From: Chrysomallon squamiferum
Lineage: Eukaryota; Animalia; Mollusca
Assembly: GCA_012295275.1 (NCBI GenBank)
Contig: CM022669.1
Span: forward strand, 13,206,001-13,270,000
DNA: 64,000 nucleotides
Direction: 5' to 3'
Below the pieces are notes generated by a model. The model searched no databases, had not been told where the DNA came from, and saw only the letters and a list, made by a program, of their open reading frames with translations. The translations under genes and the position numbers were made by a program. Of the stretch, positions 28,731 through 64,000 are shown one piece after another; the first letter of the stretch is position 1, and each line of letters opens with the position of its first letter.

Positions 28731-29517
28731 CAGATTTACTCACAGAATAATTAACTGGACTGCATGTGGCAAAGTGGCATGCGGAGATGCACAGTGAAAA
28801 CATTACTAATGGCAGTGAAATTGAAAATAATTTTCTTGACTAAACCATTACCTTTCAACCAGTATACACATTTCACTTAAATATATGTGTTCTTTCTTAA
28901 GATAAAAGCAAAAATATTAAAGTCATCTAGGAAATAATGTATAAATAATGAAAACGAAATGTTCTGTCGAATACCAAACCAAGATTATATACTTTAAAAA
29001 TAAAATTCAAAACTAAAATTATCAACAAATTACGTATTTGTAGAATAATAAATTTTATATATTTCTCAATGCTTTAAGTAGAAACTATGCCTGTGCAACC
29101 CCTCCAAAAATAAAAAATAAAAATTATAAAAACTCTCCAAAAATCATCTCAAAGATATATCTCAATTGTTCATTAACACAATAACATTCCATACAATAAA
29201 TAATGTTCTTAACTGACTAAAGTATAATCCATAAGAAACATAAAAATTTTCTTATTTTTGTTCATTGAGTTGCAAAATAATTTAACAGTCTGGCAATGGT
29301 TCATCGACAAATGTATCACGAAAGCTGAAAAGCCACACATATCTTGCAGTGCCTGATATTTTACAGTTTAACACATAGATTCTATGATGGAACTGAAAAC
29401 ACACTGTAAATCACACATTAACAGACAGACGTCAGTTCGGGACCAAGATCTCCAGACTAACACAATCTGTTTGGAGTTGCAGTTACGACCCTGTATCTAA
29501 CAACGACGATCTCATCC

Positions 29518-63878
<34,361 letters not shown>

Positions 63879-64000
63879 CTGTACATAAGTAAAACAAATC
63901 AAATTATATTATATTCTACAGTCTTGTATACAGTGGATAATCTCTGCCAAATGTTTCACAACAGACTACACCAAAACTCAAACAATCTGCATATGTTCTG

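Noticed and set aside
9430-29450. Many short ORFs in the supplied track
   Set aside because: They translate microsatellites and poly-A/T tracts (HTHT, CVCV, IIII, FFFF) or have no recognisable domain or splice-compatible structure

Overview
AT-rich, microsatellite-rich, intron-rich animal genomic DNA. It is probably a mollusc (gastropod), judged from degenerate SINE fragments recognised from memory. Two protein-coding genes lie in tandem on the minus strand. (1) The 5' part of a bubblegum-family long-chain acyl-CoA synthetase (ACSBG-like): 10 coding exons at 917-9389, running off the left edge, with a probable ~15 kb first intron and a CpG-enriched candidate promoter near 24.4-25.0 kb. (2) The 3' part of the giant HECT E3 ligase HERC1: 49 exons at 29518-63878 (SPRY, UBA-like, Cys/His cluster, WD40, RCC1-like domain 2, HECT), entering from the right edge. 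I traced every exon by hand. All introns are GT-AG and all phases are consistent except for a 1-nt deficit (frameshift) in one HECT exon at ~32321. The most striking unexplained pattern is that at least six HERC1 splice junctions have been tandemly duplicated into the neighbouring intron, leaving arrays of decoy acceptors or donors, several of which lead straight to stop codons. Also seen: candidate 9-nt and 30-nt frame-preserving mini-exons, two CAGCAG tandem acceptors, a MITE-like inverted repeat and SINE/LINE remnants. No prokaryotic-type system (CRISPR, operon) is present, and most ORFs in the supplied track are microsatellite noise.
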